Source: Escherichia phage pO111. Taken from it: DNA of 40,444 bases. Within the stretch, counting starts at the first letter, position 1. Each line of letters begins with the position of its first letter. The position numbers and the translations under genes were made by a program. Location: the sequence record OR204652.1; one strand, 5' to 3'. Below are positions 29,588 through 38,762 of this stretch, one piece after another. The notes below the pieces were generated by a model. It was given only the letters and a program-made list of their open reading frames with translations, searched no databases and was not told the DNA's origin.

Positions 29588-30036
29588 TATTTCTTCTCCT
29601 TCTTAATAATCATTTTGTCCCAAGGAATCTCCTTACTAGGTTCTTTAAGCCATTCCGCAGGTATCAACTTGTCTGCGAACTTAATGCTATGTTTTTCTGC
29701 CCACTCACCGTAGCTGGTGGGAGACCCTTTGTATAACTTGGTGCGACTTGAAGAGAACACGATGCGTATATCGAGGGATGGGAACTGTTCGCGAATAAGT
29801 AAATGTTTCTTACGGTCTTCCGCTTCAAATAGTCCCTTGAACTCTACTATAATACCGTTTGGTAAAAGCGCATCTGGTGTGTATTTATGATTACTCGCTG
29901 GGATTACGTAGGGGATTGAGAAAGACTCATACTTAGCCTTGACCCCCATGCTCTCCAAGCGAGCCATATTCTTCTCTTCAAGTCCACTTCGGTAGTTTCC
30001 TACACGTTTAATTCCTCTTGCTGCGTAACCTGCCAT
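29587..30036 (-). CDS. 3: Endonuclease I (Holliday junction resolvase)
   Basis: 149 aa, matches recalled T7 gp3. Confidence 0.93.
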   Translation of the reverse strand: MAGYAARGIKRVGNYRSGLEEKNMARLESMGVKAKYESFSIPYVIPASNHKYTPDALLPNGIIVEFKGLFEAEDRKKHLLIREQFPSLDIRIVFSSSRTKLYKGSPTSYGEWAEKHSIKFADKLIPAEWLKEPSKEIPWDKMIIKKEKK

Positions 30037-30436
30037 AAGTCCTCCTGTTTCGTATCATACTGATAGTCGCAGGAGAAACCCCAAAGTCATCAGCCAATTC
30101 GTAGCCTTTCTTTGTGGAAGACATTATGGTTAGTACATCATCATCACTAAGTTTATGTCCTTTACGTCCCCTCCCCTTGGAGGCCATATCTGCTAGGTTC
30201 TCAGCTTGAGTCCCTAGAGATAAGTGTTCAGGGTTGCAGCACTTACGGTTATCACAAGAATGCATTACAACATCGTTAGGTGCTGCCCCAGCCATGACCC
30301 TGTGAATGTAAACGGGGCGACCAGTTTCTGGGTTGCGAATCTGACCGTACCCATTTGTTTTCACAGAGCCTTGCCACTCCCAGCATCCAGAAGACGTAAC
30401 CTCAATTCGCTTGAGGATTTTCTCCTGCAAGCCCAT
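30008..30436 (-). CDS. HNH endonuclease with C-terminal helix-turn-helix (gene 2.8 position)
   Basis: 142 aa; HSCDNRKCCNPEHL motif; overlaps the gene 3 start by 29 nt. Confidence 0.8.
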   Translation of the reverse strand: MGLQEKILKRIEVTSSGCWEWQGSVKTNGYGQIRNPETGRPVYIHRVMAGAAPNDVVMHSCDNRKCCNPEHLSLGTQAENLADMASKGRGRKGHKLSDDDVLTIMSSTKKGYELADDFGVSPATISMIRNRRTYGRLRSKRN

Positions 30437-30438
30437 AA

Positions 30439-31140
30439 TTAAAAGTCACCGTCTGAATCTTCTTCGTAAGAGTCTTCGTCAGATTCCTGAGACCAGTCTT
30501 CTTCGTCGCATGGTTTGCTCGCTTTGGCAGAACCAGAGGCAACATAACCGTTCTCTTCGATCTCGTCACCCCAATCATCACTGTCGCCACCAAAGGTAGC
30601 CAGTTCGACCAGCATGACAGACTCTAGCTGTAGCTTAACACTTGCGCCGACTGCCTGATTCCATTTATACGGAACCAGAGAGTATTTGACTTTCAGCTTA
30701 GAGCCACCACCGATAATCGGCACATCTTCCATTTTCTTGCCCTTGGAGTCAACCACAGTCAGGTTGATGTGCTTAGTTTCTTTGGTCTTCTTGTCCTGAT
30801 AGGAAGCATATGACTTGAACTTAAAGGTAGTCGTACCGTCACCGTTATCGAAGAACGGCATGTCCCCTTCATACGGTTTCAGCGGTTTCTTACCACGAGC
30901 TACAGCAGGCGGGTTTGCTTCGTATTCCTCAACGGCAGCAGCATAAGCCTCTTCGTGGCACTTCACGATTTCATCGACCATACGTTGACAACGCGGGTCT
31001 TTGTTGGGAATAGTCAGGTCAACTTTGTAGACACCACGAGGGTTCCCAAAGCCACGCTCTTCGTTGCCGTAGTCCGGCTTAGAGAGGTAAGCGTAAGGTT
31101 CAGCAGTACCCAGCGCAGAGGTGAAAATCTTCTTAGCCAT
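30439..31140 (-). CDS. 2.5: Single-stranded DNA-binding protein
   Basis: 233 aa with acidic C-terminal tail ending DGDF, matches recalled T7 gp2.5. Confidence 0.95.
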   Translation of the reverse strand: MAKKIFTSALGTAEPYAYLSKPDYGNEERGFGNPRGVYKVDLTIPNKDPRCQRMVDEIVKCHEEAYAAAVEEYEANPPAVARGKKPLKPYEGDMPFFDNGDGTTTFKFKSYASYQDKKTKETKHINLTVVDSKGKKMEDVPIIGGGSKLKVKYSLVPYKWNQAVGASVKLQLESVMLVELATFGGDSDDWGDEIEENGYVASGSAKASKPCDEEDWSQESDEDSYEEDSDGDF

Positions 31141-31184
31141 AATGTTAATCTCCTTTAGGTTTCGTTTAGTTTCTCAGAGGGAGT

Positions 31185-31205
31185 CTTCCCCAATAGTGAG
31201 TCGTA

Positions 31206-31208
<3 letters not shown>
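31185..31208 (-). promoter_or_regulatory. T7-type phage RNAP promoter phi2.5 (variant start region)
   Basis: Reverse complement TAATACGACTCACTATTGGGGAAG. Confidence 0.8.
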
Positions 31209-31513
<305 letters not shown>

Positions 31514-31521
<8 letters not shown>

Positions 31522-32056
31522 CGTAGCACTTATCCTTATGTTTCTCGTACAGTTCACCATAGAACCCAGCTTTCGCCATGTCCTTCTCTAAGTAAGCCAG
31601 TTCGGATTTCTTACCGGCACGTAGGCGGTACTTAAGGATGTTCCCGTAGCAGTACCCTTTGAACTGTTCACGGGTCATCGAACGGGCAATCACTTCGATA
31701 GCCTCAATGTCGTCGAACAGCATGTAATGGGAAGGCTTAGTGACACCTTCGATTGACTCAGTTGCTGGCTGGTCATCTGTCGGAGTTACCTCTGGTTTAT
31801 CCAGTTTAGGTTTACGTGGGTCCATCGCTCGGATTTCACCTAAGGTTATCTTTTGATCGTTATCTGCTGGGCAGAGGTAACAGGGGACATTAGAGCAGAG
31901 TAGTCCGCAGCCATTCAAATCATCTGGGCGACCTTCGTTATTGTCTATCAACGTAATGATCATCTCTTGTTCATGTTCGGTCATATCGTTAGCTCCTTTA
32001 GTACAGGTATGTGGGTAACGGTCGTCTTTCTCTAAGCAAGCTATGCAACCAGACAT
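31514..32056 (-). CDS. 1.7: Nucleotide kinase gp1.7
   Basis: 180 aa, cysteine-rich; aligns with recalled T7 gp1.7 but lacks about 16 N-terminal residues. Confidence 0.88.
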
Positions 32057-32316
32057 CAGAACACCTCCTTGATACGTTTGAGTAGCAGACGGACGAACGG
32101 GAAGCTGGTCACTGCCACGCTAAGAACCGGACGTTTCTTGTCTATTGCTTTCTCAAAGTCACCGCGAGTGATAATGATGTGGACGCTCGGCGCAAAAGGA
32201 ACTGTGTCACCAATAAGAGGTAACTTAGCTCGGCGCTCGCTCGCGCATACGATTGAACGGTCAGCACGGCGAACCGTGAAATTCTTAATGTTTTTGTTGT
32301 AATGAAGTCGAAACAT
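32056..32316 (-). CDS. 1.6: gp1.6
   Basis: 86 aa, [31 protein letters not shown] matches recalled T7 gp1.6. Confidence 0.9.
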   Translation of the reverse strand: MFRLHYNKNIKNFTVRRADRSIVCASERRAKLPLIGDTVPFAPSVHIIITRGDFEKAIDKKRPVLSVAVTSFPFVRLLLKRIKEVF

Positions 32317-32321
32317 ATAGT

Positions 32322-32344
32322 GTCTCCTTTAGTGAGTCGTATTA
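32322..32344 (-). promoter_or_regulatory. T7-type phage RNAP promoter phi1.6
   Basis: Reverse complement TAATACGACTCACTAAAGGAGAC. Confidence 0.85.
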
Positions 32345-32431
32345 AGCATGACCATCTGGCATATCGTCATCGCTACAGTGGAGCGCAAGGCATCCTATGA
32401 TGATGATTAGTAATGGCATTGCGTACATCAT
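32342..32431 (-). CDS. 1.5: gp1.5 (29 aa)
   Basis: Manual translation MMYAMPLLIIIIGCLALHCSDDDMPDGHA between phi1.5 and phi1.6. Confidence 0.6.
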   Translation of the reverse strand: MMYAMPLLIIIIGCLALHCSDDDMPDGHA

Positions 32432-32438
32432 GGTATGT

Positions 32439-32461
32439 ACCTCCTTTAGTGAGTCGTATTA
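32439..32461 (-). promoter_or_regulatory. T7-type phage RNAP promoter phi1.5
   Basis: Reverse complement TAATACGACTCACTAAAGGAGGT. Confidence 0.85.
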
Positions 32462-32492
32462 AACGCAGAAAGGCCCACCCTAAGGTGAGCCA
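32462..32492 (-). terminator. Early-region intrinsic terminator TE (for host RNAP)
   Basis: mRNA GGCUCACC-UUAG-GGUGGGCC hairpin followed by UUUCUGCGUUU; matches the recalled T7 TE. Confidence 0.85.
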
Positions 32493-32497
32493 GTTAG

Positions 32498-32995
32498 TTA
32501 TTGTAGCTCAGCTAGTAGTTTGTCGCGGGTCGCTACAGCCTCGTTAAGTGACTTGTGATATGAGACATATCGTCTGCCGAACTTCCTAACGGAGACGGTG
32601 TATAGGTTTCTATCATGTCTCTTATTGATGTGCTTAAGCCCCAGCTTGTTGGTGCAGAATGCTCCTTTGTTCTGATTGTTCTCAGCGCTTGTGACCACTC
32701 TGAGATTCTCTATGAGGTTATTCTGCTTATTTCTATCGATATGGTCTATCTGTAAACCGTCTGGTATAGGGCCGTTAGCAAGTTCCCACACTACTCTGTG
32801 AACCATTAAGTAGTGCGCCTTTCCTTCCACCCTGACACATAGAGTCCAATACCCAGTCTTCTTTAGATAGCCAACGGGCTTCCCATTAATACGCGAGAGG
32901 CCACTAGGAGACTCCCTGTCAATCTTAAATCTTTTCGCTACGATTTCCCTCAACTCCACGGAAGCAGGTGAAGGAAGGATGTCTGAGACTTCCAC
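32498..32995 (-). CDS. HNH endonuclease (free-standing, putative homing endonuclease) at the gene 1.4 position
   Basis: 165 aa; LQIDHIDRNKQNNLIENLRVVTSAENNQNKG HNH motif; GTG start with GGAGG Shine-Dalgarno; overlaps the last 71 nt of the ligase gene. Confidence 0.8.
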   Translation of the reverse strand: MEVSDILPSPASVELREIVAKRFKIDRESPSGLSRINGKPVGYLKKTGYWTLCVRVEGKAHYLMVHRVVWELANGPIPDGLQIDHIDRNKQNNLIENLRVVTSAENNQNKGAFCTNKLGLKHINKRHDRNLYTVSVRKFGRRYVSYHKSLNEAVATRDKLLAELQ

Positions 32996-33941
32996 TTTCT
33001 GTTTCCTCCATATAATTTACTTGGCAAGACCATCCGTTATAGTAGTCCTCCCCGTGCTCCTTAACGTTGGCGGTAAATTCGTCCATTAAGGCGCGAGAGA
33101 TATTGTTAGCGTCTACAATACGCCCTGTCTCAAGAAGCACCGTGAACCCTATTACCTTACCTTCGTTGGCTAGACCTTTCGTACCCCAGTTTACACCTTG
33201 GATGATACCGTCTGCTTCGTTCTCTGGCTTGAGTTTCCACCAGCCGGACTTCTTACCGCGCTTGTAGATGCACATCGGGTCTTTCACAATGAGACCCTCA
33301 TGCCCTTCTTCACGCTTCTTCTCGTACAGTTGCTGTAGTTCTACCATGTCGTAAATCTCGTAAGACTCAGCCGCTTGCCATTCGATTTCAGGGAAGTATT
33401 CCTGTAGCAGAGGCAGCATGTTCTTAACGTGTTCCTGCATGAGCAGCGTCATGACATCACAGTCTTCTCCAGACTCTACGATGTGCAGCGGTAGGATAGC
33501 ATACAGTTTGACACTCAGACGTTTGGTGTCCAACGCGAACTCAACCTTGGACCCCTTGAGTGGTGGCACACCGCCAACGTCGAACTCAAAGTTCTTCTTG
33601 TTGAGCCACTTGGTGCGCAGAAGACCGGAGCCAGTGTTGAAGTCTACACCTTTGACCATCAGTTCACCATCGAGCATGAAGCCGTCAGGGTAGAAGCATC
33701 GGTCATCACGAAGGAGGCGTTGCCAGCGAGAGTCAAAACCGTTCAAATGCTCAAGTGCCGGAATCGTTTTAGAAACACGAGAGAGCCAGCAACTGTTAGC
33801 AGTGTTGTCTACGCAGATGTTCCCACGTACACCATCGTACTTACAATCGACAATTAGGTATCCCGCATTGTCTAAGGCCTTCTTCACAGCGGATTCAACA
33901 AAAGACACAGCTTTAAATGGGATGGTCTTAATGTTCATCAT
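32925..33941 (-). CDS. 1.3: ATP-dependent DNA ligase
   Basis: 338 aa with the adenylation motif KYDGVRG; N-terminus MMNIKT as in T7 gp1.3; shorter than the 359 aa recalled for T7. Confidence 0.93.
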   Translation of the reverse strand: MMNIKTIPFKAVSFVESAVKKALDNAGYLIVDCKYDGVRGNICVDNTANSCWLSRVSKTIPALEHLNGFDSRWQRLLRDDRCFYPDGFMLDGELMVKGVDFNTGSGLLRTKWLNKKNFEFDVGGVPPLKGSKVEFALDTKRLSVKLYAILPLHIVESGEDCDVMTLLMQEHVKNMLPLLQEYFPEIEWQAAESYEIYDMVELQQLYEKKREEGHEGLIVKDPMCIYKRGKKSGWWKLKPENEADGIIQGVNWGTKGLANEGKVIGFTVLLETGRIVDANNISRALMDEFTANVKEHGEDYYNGWSCQVNYMEETESGSLRHPSFTCFRGVEGNRSEKI

Positions 33942-33970
33942 GATTAGTATCTCCTATCGGTTAAACGACT

Positions 33971-33999
33971 AAGGCCACTCATTGAGCGACCTTAAGCAT
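33971..33999 (-). promoter_or_regulatory. RNase III processing hairpin (R1.3-like)
   Basis: mRNA UUAAGGUCGCUCAAUGAGUGGCCUUAGUCG just downstream of phi1.3. Confidence 0.6.
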
Positions 34000-34022
34000 T
34001 GTCCCTATACTGAGTCGTATTA
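34000..34022 (-). promoter_or_regulatory. T7-type phage RNAP promoter phi1.3 (variant)
   Basis: Reverse complement TAATACGACTCAGTATAGGGACA. Confidence 0.8.
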
Positions 34023-34292
34023 CTTCCAGTGCTTCATATCACTGTGAACCTTGCGGAGCCATTCGGTCTGTGCATTACAGCGAACGTCTTCATCATCCTG
34101 TTCGAAACACTTAGCGGTCAGCATTAAGCCATCCCGTAAGACCACTCGAAGTGTCTCTCCTGCGACCATCCGGCGCTGTGCGAAGTCCTCATAGCGATAA
34201 GTCTCAACGACCACATTTGCATCATGGTCTTCTTTAAGTCGTTCGATAGCGTATTTGTACGCTATTAAGTTACCACTATATAAACGTCCCAT
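34020..34292 (-). CDS. 1.2: gp1.2 (dGTPase inhibitor family)
   Basis: 90 aa from the internal ATG (MGRLYSGNLIAYKYAIERL...); N-terminus matches recalled T7 gp1.2. Confidence 0.8.
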   Translation of the reverse strand: MGRLYSGNLIAYKYAIERLKEDHDANVVVETYRYEDFAQRRMVAGETLRVVLRDGLMLTAKCFEQDDEDVRCNAQTEWLRKVHSDMKHWK

Positions 34293-34293
34293 C

Positions 34294-34422
34294 TTATTGA
34301 CCCTCCCAGCAGCGTTTATGTGCACGGGTTCGCAATGGTTTATTAAACTTGCGACCCTTGGTTGCCTCGAAGTCATGAGCGTTACGGTTAGAACGTTTGG
34401 TCATCTTTTCGAAGTTACGCAT
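34294..34422 (-). CDS. 1.1: gp1.1 (42 aa, basic)
   Basis: Manual translation MRNFEKMTKRSNRNAHDFEATKGRKFNKPLRTRAHKRCWEGQ with GAGAGGA Shine-Dalgarno. Confidence 0.65.
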   Translation of the reverse strand: MRNFEKMTKRSNRNAHDFEATKGRKFNKPLRTRAHKRCWEGQ

Positions 34423-34435
34423 ACTTAAAGTCCTC

Positions 34436-34500
34436 TCTTAGTAATTCTTTAATTTAAATCTCTAATTAACACTTAAGGGTCTTAAAGTTAAACCTTAAGG
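34436..34500. other. AT-rich segment downstream of phi1.1A/B (candidate primary replication origin region)
   Basis: About 75% A+T directly downstream of the tandem promoters, where the T7 primary origin lies. Confidence 0.4.
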
Positions 34501-34523
34501 TCCTCCTATAGTGAGTCGTATTA
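34501..34523 (-). promoter_or_regulatory. T7-type phage RNAP promoter phi1.1B
   Basis: Reverse complement TAATACGACTCACTATAGGAGGA. Confidence 0.85.
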
Positions 34524-34542
34524 ACCGGAAGAAGGTCAATCA

Positions 34543-34572
34543 TAAAGGCCACTCTCGCGAATGACCTTGAGT
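34543..34572 (-). promoter_or_regulatory. RNase III-type hairpin (R1.1-like)
   Basis: Motif aaggccactc...gaccttgag between phi1.1A and phi1.1B. Confidence 0.5.
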
Positions 34573-34575
34573 TTG

Positions 34576-34598
34576 TCCCTCTATAGTGAGTCGTATTA
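34576..34598 (-). promoter_or_regulatory. T7-type phage RNAP promoter phi1.1A
   Basis: Reverse complement TAATACGACTCACTATAGAGGGA, the variant start region recalled for T7 phi1.1A. Confidence 0.85.
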
Positions 34599-34606
34599 AT
34601 TTGACG

Positions 34607-37258
34607 TTACGCAAACGCGAAGTCTGAATTAAGGATGTCTTGGAGATTCAAGTTACCCTTAGCCGGAAGTGCTGGCATTTTATCCAATTGAGACTCATGT
34701 AACTGGTCAGCGAACTGGTCGTAGAAGTCAGCCAGTACATCACAAGATTCATAGGTGTCAACCATAGTTTCGCGCACAGCTTTGAACAGGTTGGCAGCGT
34801 CAGCCGGAATGGTCCCGAAGGAGTCATGAATCAGTGCAAACGATTCGATTCCGTACTTCTCATGCGCCCACACTACAGTCTTACGCAGGTGGCTACCGTC
34901 TTGGCTGTGTACAAAGTTAGGAGCGATACCGGACTCCTGTTTGTGTGCATCAATCTCGCTATCCTTGTTTGTGTTAATGGTAGGCTGTAGACGGAACTGA
35001 CCGAGGAAAATCAGGTTCAAGCGAGTCTGAATAGGCTTCTTGTATTCCTGCCACACAGGGAAGCCGTCAGGAGTCACCCAATGCACAGCGCAACGCTTGC
35101 GAAGAATCTCTCCGGTCTTCTTATCTTTGACCTCAGCAGCCAGCAGCTTAGCAGCAGACTTGAGCCAGTTCATAGCCTCTACAGCAGCCACTACGGTAAC
35201 GCTCACTGACTCCCAGATCAGCTTAGCCATATACCCAGCAGCCTGATTAGGTTGGGTGAACATCAGACCTTTGCCTGAATCAATAGCTGGCTGTATGGTG
35301 TCCTCAAGGACTTGCTGGCGGAAGCCGAACTCTTTGGACCCGTAAGCCAGAGTCATGACTGAACGCTTAGTCACGCTACGAGTTACACCGTAAGCCAGCC
35401 ATTGACCAGCCAGTGCCTTAGTACCCAGCTTGACTTTCTCAGAGATTTCACCAGTGTTCTCATCAGTCACGGTAACTACTTCGTTATCGGTCCCGTTGAT
35501 TACATCCGATTGCAGAATCTCGTTGACTTTCTTGGCAACAATCCCGTAGATGTCCTGAACGGTTTCGCTAGGCAGCAGGTTAACAGCACGACCACCCACC
35601 TCATCGCGGAGCATTGCGGAGAAGTGCTGGATACCGGAGCAAGACCCATCGAACGCCAGTGGCAGCGAGCAGTTGTAGCTCAAGCCGTGGTGCTGTACCC
35701 CAGCGTACTCAAAGCAGAACGCGAGGAAACAGAACGGAGAATCTTGCTCAGCCCACCAAGTGTTTTCCAGAGGAGACTTAGCGCAAGCCATGATGTTATC
35801 GTGGTTATCCTCAATGAACTTGATGCGCTCAGGGAACGGAACCTTATCGACACCAGCGCAGTTAGCCCCGTGAATTTTCAGCCAGTAGAATCCTTCCTTA
35901 CCGATTGGTTTACCTTTAGCCAGCGTCAGCAGTCCCTTGGTCATGTCGTTACCTTGCGGGTTGAACATTGACACAGCGTAAACGCGACCACGCCAGTCCA
36001 TGTTGTAAGGGAACCAGATGGCCTTATGGTTAGCGAACTTATTGGCTTGCTCAAGCATGAACTCAAGGCTGATACGGCGAGACTTACGTGCCTTGTCCTT
36101 GCGGTACACAGCGGCAGCTGCACGTTTCCAAGCGGTCAGTGCCTCAAGATTCGTGTCGATGTCTTCCGGTTTCATCGGGAGTTCTTCACGCTCAATAGAC
36201 GGGATGTCTTCAACTGGACAATGCTTCCACTTGGTGATTACGTTGGCGACCGCTAGGACTTTCTTGTTGATTTTCCATGCGGTGTTTTGCGCAATGTTAA
36301 TCGCTTTGTACACCTCAGGCATGTAGACATCTTCGTAGCGCATCAGTGCTTTCTTGCTGTGAGTGCGTACCAGCGCCAGAGGACGGCGACCGTTAGCCCA
36401 ATAGCCACCACCAGTAATACCAGTCCACGGCTTAGGAGGAACTACGCAAGGCTGGAACATTGGGGAAATACCAGCTAGTGCTCCAGCGCGAGTGGCGATG
36501 GCCTCAGCGTATTCAGGCGCGAGTTCGATAGTCTCAGAGTCTTGCCCCACTACGCCAGCGTTTTGACGATGTAAGCTAACCATTCCGGTTGACTCAATGA
36601 GCATCTCAATGCAGCGCACCCCAACGTGAATTGAGTCTTCCTTATGCCACGAAGACCACGCCTCGCCGCCCATTAGACCCTTAGAGAGCATGTCAGCTTC
36701 GACAACCTGCATGAATGCCTTCTTGTAGACGTGCCCTACGCGCTTGTTGAGTTGTTCCTCAACGTGTTTCTTGAAGTGCTTGGCCTCAAGGTCACGGATG
36801 CGACCAAAGCGCGCCTCATCCTCAATGGCTCGACCGATTGCGCTTGCTACAGCCTGAACGGTTGTATTGTCTGCACTGGTTAGACAAGCCAGAGTGGTTT
36901 TGATGGTGATGTACGCTACGGCTTCCGGCTTGATTTCTTGCAGGAACTGGAAGGCTGTCGGGCGTTTGCCGCGCTTAGCTTTCACTTTCTCAAACCAGTC
37001 GTTGATGCGTGCAATCATCTTAGGGAGCAGGGTAGTAATGAGAGGCTTAGCGGCCGCATTGTCTGCAACATCACCGGCCTTGAGTTGACGCTCAAACATC
37101 TTGCGGAAGCGTGCTTCACCCATTTCGTAAGACTCATGCTCAAGGGCCAACTGCTCGCGAGCTAGACGCTCACCATAGTGATCAGCCAGAGTGTTGAACG
37201 GGATAGCGGCTAGTTCGATGTCAGAGAAATCGTTCTTAGCGATGTTAATCGTGCTCAT
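34607..37258 (-). CDS. 1: DNA-directed RNA polymerase (single-subunit, T7-type)
   Basis: 883 aa, near-identical to recalled T7 RNAP; consistent with the T7-consensus promoters across the window. Confidence 0.97.
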   Translation of the reverse strand: MSTINIAKNDFSDIELAAIPFNTLADHYGERLAREQLALEHESYEMGEARFRKMFERQLKAGDVADNAAAKPLITTLLPKMIARINDWFEKVKAKRGKRPTAFQFLQEIKPEAVAYITIKTTLACLTSADNTTVQAVASAIGRAIEDEARFGRIRDLEAKHFKKHVEEQLNKRVGHVYKKAFMQVVEADMLSKGLMGGEAWSSWHKEDSIHVGVRCIEMLIESTGMVSLHRQNAGVVGQDSETIELAPEYAEAIATRAGALAGISPMFQPCVVPPKPWTGITGGGYWANGRRPLALVRTHSKKALMRYEDVYMPEVYKAINIAQNTAWKINKKVLAVANVITKWKHCPVEDIPSIEREELPMKPEDIDTNLEALTAWKRAAAAVYRKDKARKSRRISLEFMLEQANKFANHKAIWFPYNMDWRGRVYAVSMFNPQGNDMTKGLLTLAKGKPIGKEGFYWLKIHGANCAGVDKVPFPERIKFIEDNHDNIMACAKSPLENTWWAEQDSPFCFLAFCFEYAGVQHHGLSYNCSLPLAFDGSCSGIQHFSAMLRDEVGGRAVNLLPSETVQDIYGIVAKKVNEILQSDVINGTDNEVVTVTDENTGEISEKVKLGTKALAGQWLAYGVTRSVTKRSVMTLAYGSKEFGFRQQVLEDTIQPAIDSGKGLMFTQPNQAAGYMAKLIWESVSVTVVAAVEAMNWLKSAAKLLAAEVKDKKTGEILRKRCAVHWVTPDGFPVWQEYKKPIQTRLNLIFLGQFRLQPTINTNKDSEIDAHKQESGIAPNFVHSQDGSHLRKTVVWAHEKYGIESFALIHDSFGTIPADAANLFKAVRETMVDTYESCDVLADFYDQFADQLHESQLDKMPALPAKGNLNLQDILNSDFAFA

Positions 37259-37439
37259 TTTGTACCTCTTTCGGTCAGGAATCGTATCTATTCAGGCCAC
37301 CCGTAGATGACCTGTAAGATAAGACTATCAGCCCATTAGCATTGCGTCAAGTTTCTTATCAATGTTGAGCTGAAGACCATTAGCGATAGCCATCCGGTCA
37401 GCTTGGAACCAGTGCGCTGCGATTCGTTCCTCAAGCACC

Positions 37440-38408
37440 TTAAAGTCCCCCCGCGAACATGTGCGCCCAGAGCATAGCGTTATTGGTTCTTCCTAGTACA
37501 TCTACAGCTACCTCATGGTTACGACGTTCTTGACGCTCAGCCATGCGCCACGCATTAAGCATCCTCTCACGCTTGGCGCGGTGTGCCTTACGTTCCTTAC
37601 GGTTACGGCGTTTCATTCTGCGAGCTTCTAAGCGCCCCTCATGGCGTTCTTTACGCCCCTTGGCGCGGTCAATTTCTTTCTGTCGTGCGACTTCCTCGAC
37701 TTCCTTGATGAGTTCCTCAGGGTCCATGCTGAAAGCGCCACCGTCTTTCTTCTGTGAGAATGACACCGGGTCGGTAATGTACGGTACGTCGTTATCGTCG
37801 AACATGATGTTACCGCTGTGCATGTCAAACGAAGCGATGCCCTCAAAGAACTTGCGGATTAGCTTACAAGTCTCGATGAACTCCCCATCCCATCCGGTAC
37901 GTTTATCATACGCAGACGAGTTGTAATCAATAATGTCGCTTGCAATCGAAGCATATTTATCGTGCACTCCATTATCATACGATTCACAGTCGTTGAGTGC
38001 ATCAAGCACCACCGTGTAACAACCAGCATGACGCTGAACGTCGTAGACGTTAGGGATACCAGCGCGGCCCTGATACATGCGGCAGAATGCGATATACGCA
38101 GCGCCTGAATCCTCTTTCTTAAAGCCCACCTTAATCACTCTGTTAGGTAGCAGCGGGTGACTATAAGCAGCCGAGAAGTGACCATTACCAAGCATCTTGA
38201 AGCCAGCGTCAGCGGTCAGGCACTTTAAGGTAGTCCACCAGTCTTGAAATTCAAGCGGCTTGTCCAGCTTGGTGATTTCACCGTCACACGTTTCGCTGTT
38301 GACCATCTCGACCAGTAAATCAATGAGCATACCTTGACGCTTATCAAGTTCACAGATTGGCAGTGCTTTGATTGCGTCGATAGCGTTCATGATGTCGATA
38401 GCGTTCAC
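37440..38408 (-). CDS. 0.7: Serine/threonine protein kinase gp0.7, C-terminally truncated by a +1 frameshift
   Basis: 322-aa ORF matching recalled T7 gp0.7 up to ...NAMLW; frame is lost in a G6 run at 37447..37452; the remaining 37 codons are out of frame down to 37328; GTG start at 38408. Confidence 0.85.
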   Translation of the reverse strand: MNAIDIMNAIDAIKALPICELDKRQGMLIDLLVEMVNSETCDGEITKLDKPLEFQDWWTTLKCLTADAGFKMLGNGHFSAAYSHPLLPNRVIKVGFKKEDSGAAYIAFCRMYQGRAGIPNVYDVQRHAGCYTVVLDALNDCESYDNGVHDKYASIASDIIDYNSSAYDKRTGWDGEFIETCKLIRKFFEGIASFDMHSGNIMFDDNDVPYITDPVSFSQKKDGGAFSMDPEELIKEVEEVARQKEIDRAKGRKERHEGRLEARRMKRRNRKERKAHRAKRERMLNAWRMAERQERRNHEVAVDVLGRTNNAMLWAHMFAGGL

Positions 38409-38436
38409 TTTGTGCGTTCTCCAGTGTTAAATGTGA

Positions 38437-38574
38437 TTAGATATTGTTGAGCTTGCGATTGGTGCGCAGTTCACGCTTAAGGCGTTCGATTCGGTGTTTC
38501 ATTGCGAAGCCATCAGGTGTGCAAACTGTAGCGCCGTTCTTGGTGTGGATAGGCATAACGTAGTATTTCAGCAT
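38437..38574 (-). CDS. 0.6: gp0.6-like small protein (45 aa)
   Basis: MLKYYVMPIHTKNGATVCTPDGFAMKHRIERLKRELRTNRKLNNI; ATG overlaps the gp0.5 stop. Confidence 0.55.
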   Translation of the reverse strand: MLKYYVMPIHTKNGATVCTPDGFAMKHRIERLKRELRTNRKLNNI

Positions 38575-38729
38575 TTGCGCAGTGCTCCCGTAATGATACA
38601 AGCGACCAAGTAAGAGCCTACAGCTACGCCTAAGGACTTCCCAAAGGATGCGCCTACAGCTAGACCCAGAGCGGTGAGTAGACCGATAGTAAGCATATAC
38701 ATTACTCCCGTAAGTAAAGTGATAATCAT
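38568..38729 (-). CDS. 0.5: gp0.5-like small membrane protein (53 aa)
   Basis: Manual translation MIITLLTGVMYMLTIGLLTALGLAVGASFGKSLGVAVGSYLVACIITGALRKC; hydrophobic. Confidence 0.55.
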   Translation of the reverse strand: MIITLLTGVMYMLTIGLLTALGLAVGASFGKSLGVAVGSYLVACIITGALRKC

Positions 38730-38730
38730 G

Positions 38731-38760
38731 AAGGCCACTCGCTAGGAGCGACCTTGAGCC
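38731..38760 (-). promoter_or_regulatory. RNase III processing hairpin (R0.5-like)
   Basis: aaggccactcgctaggagcgaccttgagcc between genes 0.4 and 0.5. Confidence 0.55.
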
Positions 38761-38762
38761 TA

